In this document: positions 1-8,293 of the stretch, one piece after another
Position numbering within the stretch: position 1 is the first letter of the stretch
How the letters are laid out: every line of letters begins with the position of its first letter
From: an uncultured Acidobacteriota bacterium
GTDB lineage: Bacteria; Acidobacteriota; Thermoanaerobaculia; Multivoradales; SZUA-115
Direction: 5' to 3'
DNA: 64,000 bases
Assembly (NCBI GenBank): GCA_963805975.1
Contig: CAWDVR010000006.1
Coordinates: 96,001-160,000, forward strand
Notes under the pieces: generated by a model
Seen by the model: only the letters and a program-made list of their open reading frames with translations
Told to the model about the DNA's origin: nothing
Database searches by the model: none
Program-made: the position numbers and the translations under genes

Positions 1-444
1 GGCGGCGAACAGGCCGTCGTGGGCGTCCGGGTTGAGCATCGGGGCCACGTAGAAGGTGCGGGTCGCGAGCAGCTTCGCCGCCTCTCCCTCGGCGGCGAGG
101 AGGGTCGCGATCAGGTCGAGCGCCGCCTCGGTGCCGGCGTTGTGGAAGCCGACGATGTTGGCGCCCACGAACACGGCCGGCCGTTCCTCCGGCGGCACCG
201 GGCCGGGGGAGGCGAGGGTCGCCACCCACAGATCCTTGCCGGCGGACGATTTGCCGATCGAGGCAAGCTGCAGAGGCTTTCCGCTGGCCTTGGCCCACTC
301 GCCGAGCTGCCGCTCGACCTCGGCCACGGAGTGATATTCGCCGTAGTCCACGGCAGCCGCGGGTGCTGCCGTTACGAGGCTCGCCAGGGCGAGCCCCAGA
401 CCGGCCAGCGCGGCGAGACGTTCTTTCGAGCACGATCGCTTCAC
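1..444 (-). CDS. Secreted M14 zinc-carboxypeptidase-family protein, N-terminal part (runs off the window edge); metal-binding motif is non-canonical
   Basis: Not in the ORF track; translated by hand. GTG at 444 with GGAGG upstream. MKRSCSKERLAALAGLGLALASLVTAAPAAA is a signal peptide, followed by YHSVAEV...IGKSSAGKDLWV...PAVFVGANIVGFHNAGTEAAL...FYVAPMLNPD, matching the M14 N-terminal pattern. Confidence 0.75.
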   Translation of the reverse strand, partial: MKRSCSKERLAALAGLGLALASLVTAAPAAAVDYGEYHSVAEVERQLGEWAKASGKPLQLASIGKSSAGKDLWVATLASPGPVPPEERPAVFVGANIVGFHNAGTEAALDLIATLLAAEGEAAKLLATRTFYVAPMLNPDAHDGLFAA

Positions 445-532
445 ACAGTCCTCCCTTCCGCCTTTGGCGGCTGCGTTCGATATACGGGGAGGGGGAAGAA
501 AGGTTCGTCCTGAGAGTAGAATCCCGGAGGTC

Positions 533-1438
533 ATGGATCTCAGCGACGAGCTGCGCCGCCTGGTGGTGCTGCTCCAGAAGACGCTCCGGCGCGCCAGTCT
601 CACCCAGCGCCGGGTGAGCGTGCGCCTGGGGCAGCACCCGAACTATCTCTCGCAGGTCTTCGCCGGCAAAGCCCGCCTCAAAGAGGACGTGGTGTTTCGC
701 GTGCTGCGGCTCTGCGGCGTGGCGGTCGAGGATTTCTACGCCGAGCTGGCGGCGGGCGGCCGGCGGCCGGTGGCGGTCCGGGTCGAGGCGGGCCCGGGAG
801 GCGCCGTTGCGGGCACTGCGAGCCGTGCCGGTGGGCAGGCCGGACCGGTGTCGCCGGCCGAGGCGCGCCGCTTCATTCGCGAGGCCCTGTCGGTTCGGCA
901 AGAGGCGGGCAGCGCGAGAGAGGCACGGCCTCCGGCGCAGAGCGACCGCCGCCGCGAACAGTTGGAGGCCAGCCGTCACAGCGCCCGCGTCAAGACCCTG
1001 CTACGGGCCAAGATCCGGCGTGCGGGCCTGCGCCAGCGCGATATCAGCCGCCGGTTGGGCGAGCACCCGGACTATCTGAGCCAGGTGCTGCGCGGCAACG
1101 TGGTGCTCAAGGCGGAACACGTCCTCGCCGTCCTCTGCGAGCTGGAAATCGCGCCCGCGGCGTTCTACGGCGAGCTCTACGCCGGCGTGCCGCAGGTCAC
1201 CGCCGTCGCAGATCCAGGGCGCGAGCTGGTGCGCGGCGTGAGCTGGGGGGAGATTCTGGCCCTGATCGACGCCGAGCTCGAGGCCAGCGCCAGGCGGCGC
1301 AGCGTGCAACTGGCACCCACGGCCGGGGACTCTACGGCGAGCGGACGCGCTTCCGGCCCTCCCGCCGTGCGGCGAGCGCGAAGAAGCCGACCAGCCCGAA
1401 AATCGCCCGTCGAAGTGCTTTCATGGTCGCGCGAGTAG
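533..1438 (+). CDS. Transcriptional regulator with two tandem XRE/Cro-like HTH domains
   Basis: Two similar segments: LTQRRVSVRLGQHPNYLSQVFAGKARLK and LRQRDISRRLGEHPDYLSQVLRGNVVLK. ATG at 533 follows GGAGG (short spacing, so the start is uncertain). Confidence 0.75.
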   Translation: MDLSDELRRLVVLLQKTLRRASLTQRRVSVRLGQHPNYLSQVFAGKARLKEDVVFRVLRLCGVAVEDFYAELAAGGRRPVAVRVEAGPGGAVAGTASRAGGQAGPVSPAEARRFIREALSVRQEAGSAREARPPAQSDRRREQLEASRHSARVKTLLRAKIRRAGLRQRDISRRLGEHPDYLSQVLRGNVVLKAEHVLAVLCELEIAPAAFYGELYAGVPQVTAVADPGRELVRGVSWGEILALIDAELEASARRRSVQLAPTAGDSTASGRASGPPAVRRARRSRPARKSPVEVLSWSRE

Positions 1439-1548
1439 CGCTCTGGCCAGGATGTCGGCGATTGCCGCGTGCATCTCGGCGTTGGGGATGCCGATCGACC
1501 ACGGCTGGGGGATCTCCCCGCCAGAACTGATCGTGCTGGGGTGGGCCT

Positions 1549-2775
1549 TCAGCCCTTCCGGCTCTGGATTCTCTTCAGCCGCTCCGCCACCTGGGTGATC
1601 GAGGCCACGGTGGCGGTGTGGGCGCGTGCCGCTTCGGCGAAGAGGAGGAGAGCGGCGGTGGCCTCGCGGGGGATGTCTCGGGAGACGAACACCGGGTACA
1701 TCTCGGTGGCGAGCTGCTCGACCTCTCGCATCTTGCCGAGCTGAGCGTAGAAGACGGCGAGGTCGAGAGCGGCCTGCGCCGCGTCGAAGGCCAGCCCCAA
1801 GTCGGCGAAGCGCTGGCGGACTGAGTCGAGGATCGAGACCGCTTCCTCGAGTTGGCCCAACCGCGCCAGCAACCGGCCTTCCACCCAGCGCTTGCGGAGC
1901 TTGAGGAGCGGACCGGCGGCCTCCTCGTACAGCATCTCCGAGCGTCCGAGAATTGCCATCGCGACCTGGGTTTGGCCCGCCTCCTCGAGATACAGGGCGA
2001 GGTTGTGAAGCGCGTAGAGCTTGAGCAGTGGGTCCTTTTCGCCGTCGGCGCGGCCTGCGGCGGTGACCACTGTCACGATGGCGTCTTCGAGACGGTCCGC
2101 CAGCCAGTAGGCACGGCTGAGTACCAAGAGCGTCTTGGCTTCCTGCTGTGGGTCCGAGATCGAGGCCTGGAGCTGCTGCGCCTCTTTCAACAGCTCGATC
2201 GCCTGTCGCAGGCGGCGCTGTTCGATGCGCAGAGACCCCTTGAGCGCGAGCAGCTTGGCTTTGAGCATCGGATCGCCACTGCCGAACACGAGATGGAACT
2301 GCGCACGGCTCCATGCCTCCTCGGCCTCGCGCAAGGCTCCCCGAACCTTGAGAGAATTGGCCAACGCTCCCCAAGCCTCTGCGCGCATGTCAGCGGTCAG
2401 GGCTGCGAGCCGCCCGGTAAAGGGCAATGCTTCCGCGCAGGCCACGGCGGCACGGGCCGCTGCGAGCATGGCCGCCGCGTCCGTATCGCGTTGTGTTTCG
2501 CTCTGCTCGATGAGCAGCTGGCAGGCCGACAGCGAGGCGGCTTGAGGATGAACTGCCAGCCAGCCCGGGTGCTCTTCGGCACCCAGCTGCAGGAGTTGCC
2601 GGCAGGTCGCCTCCGCGACCTCGGCGTCATCCGCTACGGGCAAGGATTCGCGTGCCGCGATCAAGCTACGGCGGATCGCGGCTTGGTAATGTGCCTCGTG
2701 TAGACGGCCGGATTCTTCCGAAACCGGAACGTCAGAGTGCGCACACTCCCTGACAGACCTCTCACTTGCGGCCAT
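1549..2775 (-). CDS. Stand-alone tetratricopeptide-repeat (TPR) protein, about 408 aa
   Basis: Helical TPR-like repeats (AEAWGALANSLKVRGALREAEEA; LYALHNLALYLEEAGQTQVA; GRLLARLGQLEEAVSIL; AALDLAVFYAQLGK). No signal peptide or HTH. Start uncertain (ATG 2775; ORF extends to 2826). Confidence 0.75.
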   Translation of the reverse strand: MAASERSVRECAHSDVPVSEESGRLHEAHYQAAIRRSLIAARESLPVADDAEVAEATCRQLLQLGAEEHPGWLAVHPQAASLSACQLLIEQSETQRDTDAAAMLAAARAAVACAEALPFTGRLAALTADMRAEAWGALANSLKVRGALREAEEAWSRAQFHLVFGSGDPMLKAKLLALKGSLRIEQRRLRQAIELLKEAQQLQASISDPQQEAKTLLVLSRAYWLADRLEDAIVTVVTAAGRADGEKDPLLKLYALHNLALYLEEAGQTQVAMAILGRSEMLYEEAAGPLLKLRKRWVEGRLLARLGQLEEAVSILDSVRQRFADLGLAFDAAQAALDLAVFYAQLGKMREVEQLATEMYPVFVSRDIPREATAALLLFAEAARAHTATVASITQVAERLKRIQSRKG

Positions 2776-2800
2776 TTCTTCGGCAGAGTGTACACGAAAG

Positions 2801-2823
2801 GAGAAAGGGGGACAAAGTCCCCC
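2801..2823 (-). terminator. Intrinsic terminator-like hairpin between the propeptide gene and the TPR gene
   Basis: On the minus strand, GGGGGAC-TTT-GTCCCCC (2807-2823) is followed by TTTCTCCTTT. Confidence 0.55.
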
Positions 2824-2879
2824 CAACCTTGCCCAGGCCGTGTCAAACGGCCCTATCTCGGAGTGGGCGCTTCCTCCTA

Positions 2880-3167
2880 CTACCTCCCTCCGTAGGGATC
2901 ACACGAGGGACCGGACTTCGCCGCGGCCGACCGCGTTCTCTGCTCTACGCCGTCGGACCCGCCCCTCTCGGTGCTCTGGAACACGTCCGCGACCACCCGC
3001 CACCAGGCACCTAGGAAGTCGAAGGCGGCGAACACGGCCGAACGCGGTGCGGCATCGAAGGCGATCGGCCCGGCCAGAGCAGTGAAGGGCGTGAGGGTGA
3101 TTGCGAGCAGGGCAACGACGGCGGCGGCACGGCGTGAGCGCGCGAGCCTGGGGGTGGGGAATGACAT
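2880..3167 (-). CDS. Small secreted protein / candidate signalling propeptide (95 aa) ending KSGPSCDPYGGR
   Basis: ATG at 3167 with AGGGAGG RBS. Basic n-region (RLARSRR), hydrophobic h-region (AAAVVALLAITLTPF), ALA cleavage site, polar linker and a compact C-terminal GPSCDPYG motif. Confidence 0.7.
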   Translation of the reverse strand: MSFPTPRLARSRRAAAVVALLAITLTPFTALAGPIAFDAAPRSAVFAAFDFLGAWWRVVADVFQSTERGGSDGVEQRTRSAAAKSGPSCDPYGGR

Positions 3168-3434
3168 GAAAATCCTCCCTTTGCCGCCGCGGCGCAGCTC
3201 GGCGGCCACCGCGACCCCAGAGGCCCGCGTGCGGCGATCGGTGAGCCAGTATGGAGGACTAGGAACGTCGGGCCGCAGGTTTTTGCCGAATGAAGGAAGA
3301 AACAACGGTCGAGGAGCAAAAACGAACGGCTGTCGGATCCGTGCCCGTGGCGGCGGCGATTGGAGCGGAGTCGCTACCGGCGAGGCGGCCGGCGTTTTGG
3401 GCTTCTGATAGGTTTGGGTATCCGCTCCTCAACG

Positions 3435-4070
3435 ATGCACCGCGTACCGCTCTGGCTCAAGCTCGCCGTCACGGCCTGGATGCTGGTCTGGATACCGGCT
3501 TACTGGGTCATGAACGGGCCGGTCAACTTCCTCTGGTTCTGTGACCTGGCGAACCTGGTCATCGCCATCGCCATCTGGCGGGAGAGCCCGCTGCTCTTCT
3601 CCTCGCAGGCCGTTTCCGTGCTGCTGATCCAGATCGTCTGGATCCTCGACTTTGGCTGCGCCCTCCTCGCCGGGTTCCATCCGGTCGGTGGCACCGAGTA
3701 CATGTTCGACCCCATGGAACCTTTGTGGTTGCGGCTGCTGTCGCTCTTCCACGTGGTAGTGCCGGTGCTGCTGCTGTGGGCCATCGGCCGCCTGGGCTAC
3801 GACCCACGCGGCTGGAAACTACAGACCGCGATCTCCTGGGTGATGCTGCCGGTGACCTTCTGGCTCACCGACCCGGCGCTCAACATCAACTGGCTGTGGG
3901 GTCCTTTCGGCCTCGAGCAGACCCTGCTGCCGCCTTGGGCCTACCTGCTGTTCTGCATGGCCGCGTATCCGCTGGTGCTCTACCTGCCGACCCACTGGCT
4001 GCTCCTCCGCTGGGCTTCGTCGCGCCGTGGGCGCGGCCGAGATCCGCTGCCGCTCGCCGGCACGCCATGA
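3435..4070 (+). CDS. Conserved-type integral membrane protein (5-6 TM)
   Basis: Several hydrophobic helices with motifs NFLWFCD, GGTEYMFDP, LSLFH and NINW; GC-rich codon usage. Confidence 0.75.
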   Translation: MHRVPLWLKLAVTAWMLVWIPAYWVMNGPVNFLWFCDLANLVIAIAIWRESPLLFSSQAVSVLLIQIVWILDFGCALLAGFHPVGGTEYMFDPMEPLWLRLLSLFHVVVPVLLLWAIGRLGYDPRGWKLQTAISWVMLPVTFWLTDPALNINWLWGPFGLEQTLLPPWAYLLFCMAAYPLVLYLPTHWLLLRWASSRRGRGRDPLPLAGTP

Positions 4071-4161
4071 GCTGAACCCGGCTCCGATCAAGCTGAAACT
4101 CGAGGTGCGTTCGAGGCGTACCAGGAGATCGAGACCCGTCTGTCTTCTCGAGGAGCCCGCG

Positions 4162-5748
4162 ATGCCCCCCCAAGCCAAGCCGTCCCAAGCCCAGTTACCT
4201 CAAGCCAACCCCCGCCAGACCAGGCCCTTCCATTCGACCCGGCTGCCCCTCGCCGGGGCCGCCTTGCTCGTGGCCCTGCTTTCCGCCGCTGGCTGCGCCT
4301 CGTCAGCGCCCGCACTGCGCGCGGCCGACCGTCTGCCGCTCGAGGCCTGCCGGGTCGAAGGAGTGAAGGAGAAGCTCCTCTGTGGCACCTACCCGGTGTG
4401 GGAGAACCGCGAGGAGAAGAGCGGGCGCAAGATCAACCTCCATGTGGTGGTCGTGCCGGCCCTGGCGGAAGACCCCGCGCCGGATCCGATCTTCATCTTC
4501 GCCGGCGGTCCCGGCGATTCAGCCACCAACGGCGCCGCCGGCTGGGCGGAGGACCGCGCGCTCCGCTCGCGGCGGGACATCGTGCTCGTCGACCAGCGGG
4601 GCACCGGCTCCTCGCACCGCCTGGACTGCAAGGTGCCCGAGGATCCTGCCGACGTGCAGGCCTACTTCGAGCCGACCCTGCCGCCGGCCGAAGTGCGGCG
4701 GTGCCGCGCCGAGCTCGAGAAGACCTCGGACCTCACCCAGTACACGACCTCGATCGCCATGGACGACATCGACGAGGTCCGCCAGTGGCTGGGCTACGAC
4801 AAGATCAACCTCGAAGGCGGCTCCTATGGCACGCGCGCCGGCCAGGTCTACATGCGCCGCCACGGCGAGCACGTACGTGCGGCCATCCTCGTGGGGGTGG
4901 CGGGCATGAACCAGTACCTGCCCCTCTTCCATGCGCGGGACGGCAAGCAGGCGGTGGACCGCCTCCTCGACACCTGCGCCGCCGATGCGGCCTGCCGCAC
5001 GGCCTTCCCCGACTCGAAGGCCGAGCTGGAGAAGGTCTTGACCGGCCTCGACACCAACCGGGGCAAGGCCACGGTCAAGAGCCCCGTGGACGGCAAACCG
5101 GTGGCGGTGACCATCCCGCGCGACATCTTCGCCGAGCAACTGCGCTTCACGCTCTACAACGCCTATTCCGCCTCGGCCACCCCCTACGTCGTCCACCGTG
5201 CCGCCGCAGGAGACTTCGAGCCGTTCGCGCGCCTGTCGATGCTCTGGGAGCCGGACTTCCGCGGCATCCTGGCTTTCGGTATGCACCTGTCGGTGACCTG
5301 CGCCGAGGACGTGCCCTTCGTCCGGCCGGAAGTGATCGAGCCGGCGGTGGCGGGTACTTACCTGCGCGGCTATCGCATCAACCAGCAGGTGGCGGCTTGC
5401 CGCGAGTGGGCGCAGGGCGAGATCCCGGAGGGCTACCATCAGCCGATCGTCTCCGACATCCCGACGCTCCTGGTCTCCGGTCCCTATGACCCCGTGACGC
5501 CGCCGCGTTGGGCCGAGGAGGCGGCGCCGCATCTCGCGCAGAGCCTCCACTGGGTGATCCCGAACGCGCACCACGGCCCGGGAGGGCTGACGAACGACGA
5601 GTGCTACACCAACGTGGCCGCGGCTTTCATCGAGAACGGCTCGGTCGCGGGCCTCGACACCTCGTGCGGCGCCACCATGGAACGCCCGGCCTTCGTCATC
5701 GACGCCGCGGGCTTCGAGAAGCTGATGAAGGAGGCGGAGGGAGGCTGA
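4162..5748 (+). CDS. Alpha/beta-hydrolase, TAP-like (peptidase S33) lipoprotein
   Basis: Lipobox-like LLSAAGC; motifs GGPG, DQRGTG, nucleophile GGSYG, DPVTP and a C-terminal His (NAHHG); AGGAG RBS before ATG 4162. Confidence 0.85.
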   Translation: MPPQAKPSQAQLPQANPRQTRPFHSTRLPLAGAALLVALLSAAGCASSAPALRAADRLPLEACRVEGVKEKLLCGTYPVWENREEKSGRKINLHVVVVPALAEDPAPDPIFIFAGGPGDSATNGAAGWAEDRALRSRRDIVLVDQRGTGSSHRLDCKVPEDPADVQAYFEPTLPPAEVRRCRAELEKTSDLTQYTTSIAMDDIDEVRQWLGYDKINLEGGSYGTRAGQVYMRRHGEHVRAAILVGVAGMNQYLPLFHARDGKQAVDRLLDTCAADAACRTAFPDSKAELEKVLTGLDTNRGKATVKSPVDGKPVAVTIPRDIFAEQLRFTLYNAYSASATPYVVHRAAAGDFEPFARLSMLWEPDFRGILAFGMHLSVTCAEDVPFVRPEVIEPAVAGTYLRGYRINQQVAACREWAQGEIPEGYHQPIVSDIPTLLVSGPYDPVTPPRWAEEAAPHLAQSLHWVIPNAHHGPGGLTNDECYTNVAAAFIENGSVAGLDTSCGATMERPAFVIDAAGFEKLMKEAEGG

Positions 5749-5750
5749 GA

Positions 5751-6854
5751 TCAGGCCGGAGACGCTGCCACCAACGGGCACGCCCGCTCGTCGAGCACTC
5801 CTTCGGGCACGCGAGCCAGTGCCGCGAGGATGACCTCCGGCCCGGCGCCGGGCAGGTGCGCGTTCTCGGCCAGGTAGCGCTTCCAGGCACGCGTGCCCGG
5901 CTGGCCGGCGAAGAGCCCGAGGGGACCGCGGAGGAGCCGGGGAAGCGGCGTGCCGCGGCTCGCCCAGCGCTCGACGTAGGGCAGGAAGGCCTCGACCACC
6001 TCGCGCCGGCTCGGCGGCTCATCCATGCCCTCTGCCGGCGAGCCATCGAAGAAGTCCCGATCCGCCGGCGCGAAGAGGTAGGGATCGTCGCAGGCGGCGC
6101 GGCCGATCATCACGCCGTCCACCCGCGCCAGGTGCTCCCGAGCCTGGTCCAGCCTGGTGATGCCGCCGTTGATCTCGATCGCGAGGTACGGGTGCTCGCG
6201 CTTCAGGCGATGGACCTCCTCGTAGCGCAGCGGCGGCACGGTGCGGTTCTCTTTGGGCGACAGGCCGCTGAGCCAGGCCTTGCGGGCGTGGACGATGAAG
6301 CGGTCGCAGCCCGCCGCGGCCACCGTGGTCACGAAGCGCGCCAAGTCCTCGTAGCGGTCCTGGTCGTCGATGCCGATCCGATGCTTGACGGTCACCGGCA
6401 GCGGCACGGCGGCGCGCATCGCGGCCACCGCGCCAGCGACCACCTCCGGCCGGGCCATCAGGCAGGCACCGAAGCTCGCCTGCTGCACGCGTTCCGAGGG
6501 GCAGCCGACGTTCAAGTTGATCTCGTCGTAGCCCCACTCTTCGGCGACCCTCGCACAGAGGGCCAGCGCCACCGGGTCGTCGCCGCCGAGCTGGAGGGCG
6601 AGAGGTTTCTCTTCCGGTGAGAAGCCGAGGAGGTGCTCGCGGTCCCCGTGCAGCACGGCGCCGGTCGAGAGCATCTCGGTGTAGAGCAGGGTCCGCCGAG
6701 TGATGCGGCGCAGGAAGGCGCGCAGGTGGCGGTCCGTCTGCTCCATCATGGGCGCCACGGAGAGCGGCCACAGCCGGCCGCGCCGCCCCTCAGGGCCCAC
6801 TCCACCCTCTGGCCCCCTCTCCCGCTGGGCCTCCTCAGGCGCGCTCGTAGTCAT
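5751..6854 (-). CDS. dusA: tRNA-dihydrouridine(20/20a) synthase DusA
   Basis: SVAPMM, LLYTEM, LALQLGG, DEINLNVGCPS, VTVKHRIG, VHARKAWLSGLSPKENR, DGVMIGRAA. Confidence 0.92.
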   Translation of the reverse strand: MTTSAPEEAQRERGPEGGVGPEGRRGRLWPLSVAPMMEQTDRHLRAFLRRITRRTLLYTEMLSTGAVLHGDREHLLGFSPEEKPLALQLGGDDPVALALCARVAEEWGYDEINLNVGCPSERVQQASFGACLMARPEVVAGAVAAMRAAVPLPVTVKHRIGIDDQDRYEDLARFVTTVAAAGCDRFIVHARKAWLSGLSPKENRTVPPLRYEEVHRLKREHPYLAIEINGGITRLDQAREHLARVDGVMIGRAACDDPYLFAPADRDFFDGSPAEGMDEPPSRREVVEAFLPYVERWASRGTPLPRLLRGPLGLFAGQPGTRAWKRYLAENAHLPGAGPEVILAALARVPEGVLDERACPLVAASPA

Positions 6855-8208
6855 CCTCGTAGCGCACGATGTCGTCCTCGCCGAAGTAGGTGCCGAGCTG
6901 TACCTCGACGATCTCGACCGGCTCGCTGCCGGGGTTCGCGATGCGGTGCTTGGCGCCGCACGGGATGTAGACCGCCTCGCCGGGCCGCGGCCGGAGCACC
7001 TGGCCGTCGAGCGTGATCTCGGGCTCGCCCGCGACCACCACCCAGTGCTCGCTGCGGTGCTGGTGCGACTGGTAGGAGAGCCGCTGGCCCGGGGACACGC
7101 GCAGGATCTTCGACTTGAACCGGGGCGTGTCGCGCAGCACCTCGAACGAGCCCCAGGGCCGGTGCTCGTAGACGTGCTCGGCGGCCTCGCGGCGGCCGGC
7201 GGCCTTGAGCTGGTCCACCAGCTCCTTCACACCCTGCGTGGTGCCGCGCCGCGCGACGAGCAGCGCGTCCGCCGTGTCGACCACGACCAGATCCGAGACC
7301 CCGACCAGGCCATAGACGCGCTCACCGTGGGCGAAGACGAAGTTCTCGCCGGTGCCGTCCGAGAACACATTGGCGCCGTTGGCGGAGAGCCTCGCCACCT
7401 CGTCCCAGCTTCCGACGTCACTCCAGCCCACGTCGCAGGGGATCACCACCTGCTCCGCCAGGTGCTCCATCACCCCGTAGTCGAGGCTCTGCGGCGCGAT
7501 GCGCTCGTAGATCTCGCCGAGGTTCGAGAGATCGGCGGCGAGGTCCTGCATCTCGTGCCACAGCTCCGGCATCAGGCGCTCGAGGTGGCCGGCCATGGTC
7601 GAGACCCGGAACACGAACATGCCGGCGTTCCAGTGGAAGTTGCCGGCGGCGACGAAGGCCTCTGCGGTCGCCGGGTCCGGCTTCTCGCGGAAGCCGCGGG
7701 CGGTCAGCGCGCGGTGCTCGCCGGCTGCGGCGAAAACCTCGTCGCCCGCCTCGATGTAGCCGTAGCCGGTCGAGGGGAAGGTGGGGCGGATGCCCAGCGT
7801 GGCCACTTGCCCCCGCTCCGCGCACGCGACGGCCAGCCGGCAGACGGCGTGGAAGCCCGCCTCGTCCTCGATCAGGTGATCGGCGGGGAAGATGCCGGCC
7901 ACCTCGTCACCCAGACCGCGGTCGAGCAGCACGCGGCAGGCGAGGGCCACGGCCGGGGCCGTGTTGCGACCCCGCGGCTCGAAGAGCGCCTGCCCGCGAG
8001 GGATCCGGAGATCGTCGAGCACACGCTGCGTGAGGACGCGCTGCTCGGCCACCGCGATCACCCACGGCGAGCCGAGCGACGCCAAACGCTTGAGAGTCTT
8101 GGCAAGGAGCGACTCGTCGAACAGCTCGACGAACTGTTTGGGGCACGAAGCACGCGACACCGGCCAAAGGCGAGTGCCGCTGCCGCCGGAGAGGACGATG
8201 GGGATCAT
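6835..8208 (-). CDS. manC: Mannose-1-phosphate guanylyltransferase / mannose-6-phosphate isomerase
   Basis: MIPIVLSGGSGTRLWPVSR, PKQF, EPRGRNTAPA, FREKPD, WSDVGSW, and a C-terminal cupin (RPWG...LSYQSHQHRSEHW...EVQLGTYFGEDDIVRYED). Confidence 0.92.
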   Translation of the reverse strand: MIPIVLSGGSGTRLWPVSRASCPKQFVELFDESLLAKTLKRLASLGSPWVIAVAEQRVLTQRVLDDLRIPRGQALFEPRGRNTAPAVALACRVLLDRGLGDEVAGIFPADHLIEDEAGFHAVCRLAVACAERGQVATLGIRPTFPSTGYGYIEAGDEVFAAAGEHRALTARGFREKPDPATAEAFVAAGNFHWNAGMFVFRVSTMAGHLERLMPELWHEMQDLAADLSNLGEIYERIAPQSLDYGVMEHLAEQVVIPCDVGWSDVGSWDEVARLSANGANVFSDGTGENFVFAHGERVYGLVGVSDLVVVDTADALLVARRGTTQGVKELVDQLKAAGRREAAEHVYEHRPWGSFEVLRDTPRFKSKILRVSPGQRLSYQSHQHRSEHWVVVAGEPEITLDGQVLRPRPGEAVYIPCGAKHRIANPGSEPVEIVEVQLGTYFGEDDIVRYEDDYERA

Positions 8209-8293
8209 GAGAGCTCGAACCTGCGCTGCCTGCTCGATGGGGGAGCGGGACACTACGCGCCGGCGATCATACGCGAGGCTTGCCCGGGACGGC

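Noticed and set aside
1421-1474. Tiny minus-strand ORF (MHAAIADILARALLARP) downstream of the TPR gene as a second peptide
   Set aside because: No convincing RBS or signal peptide, and it overlaps the 3' end of the HTH gene.
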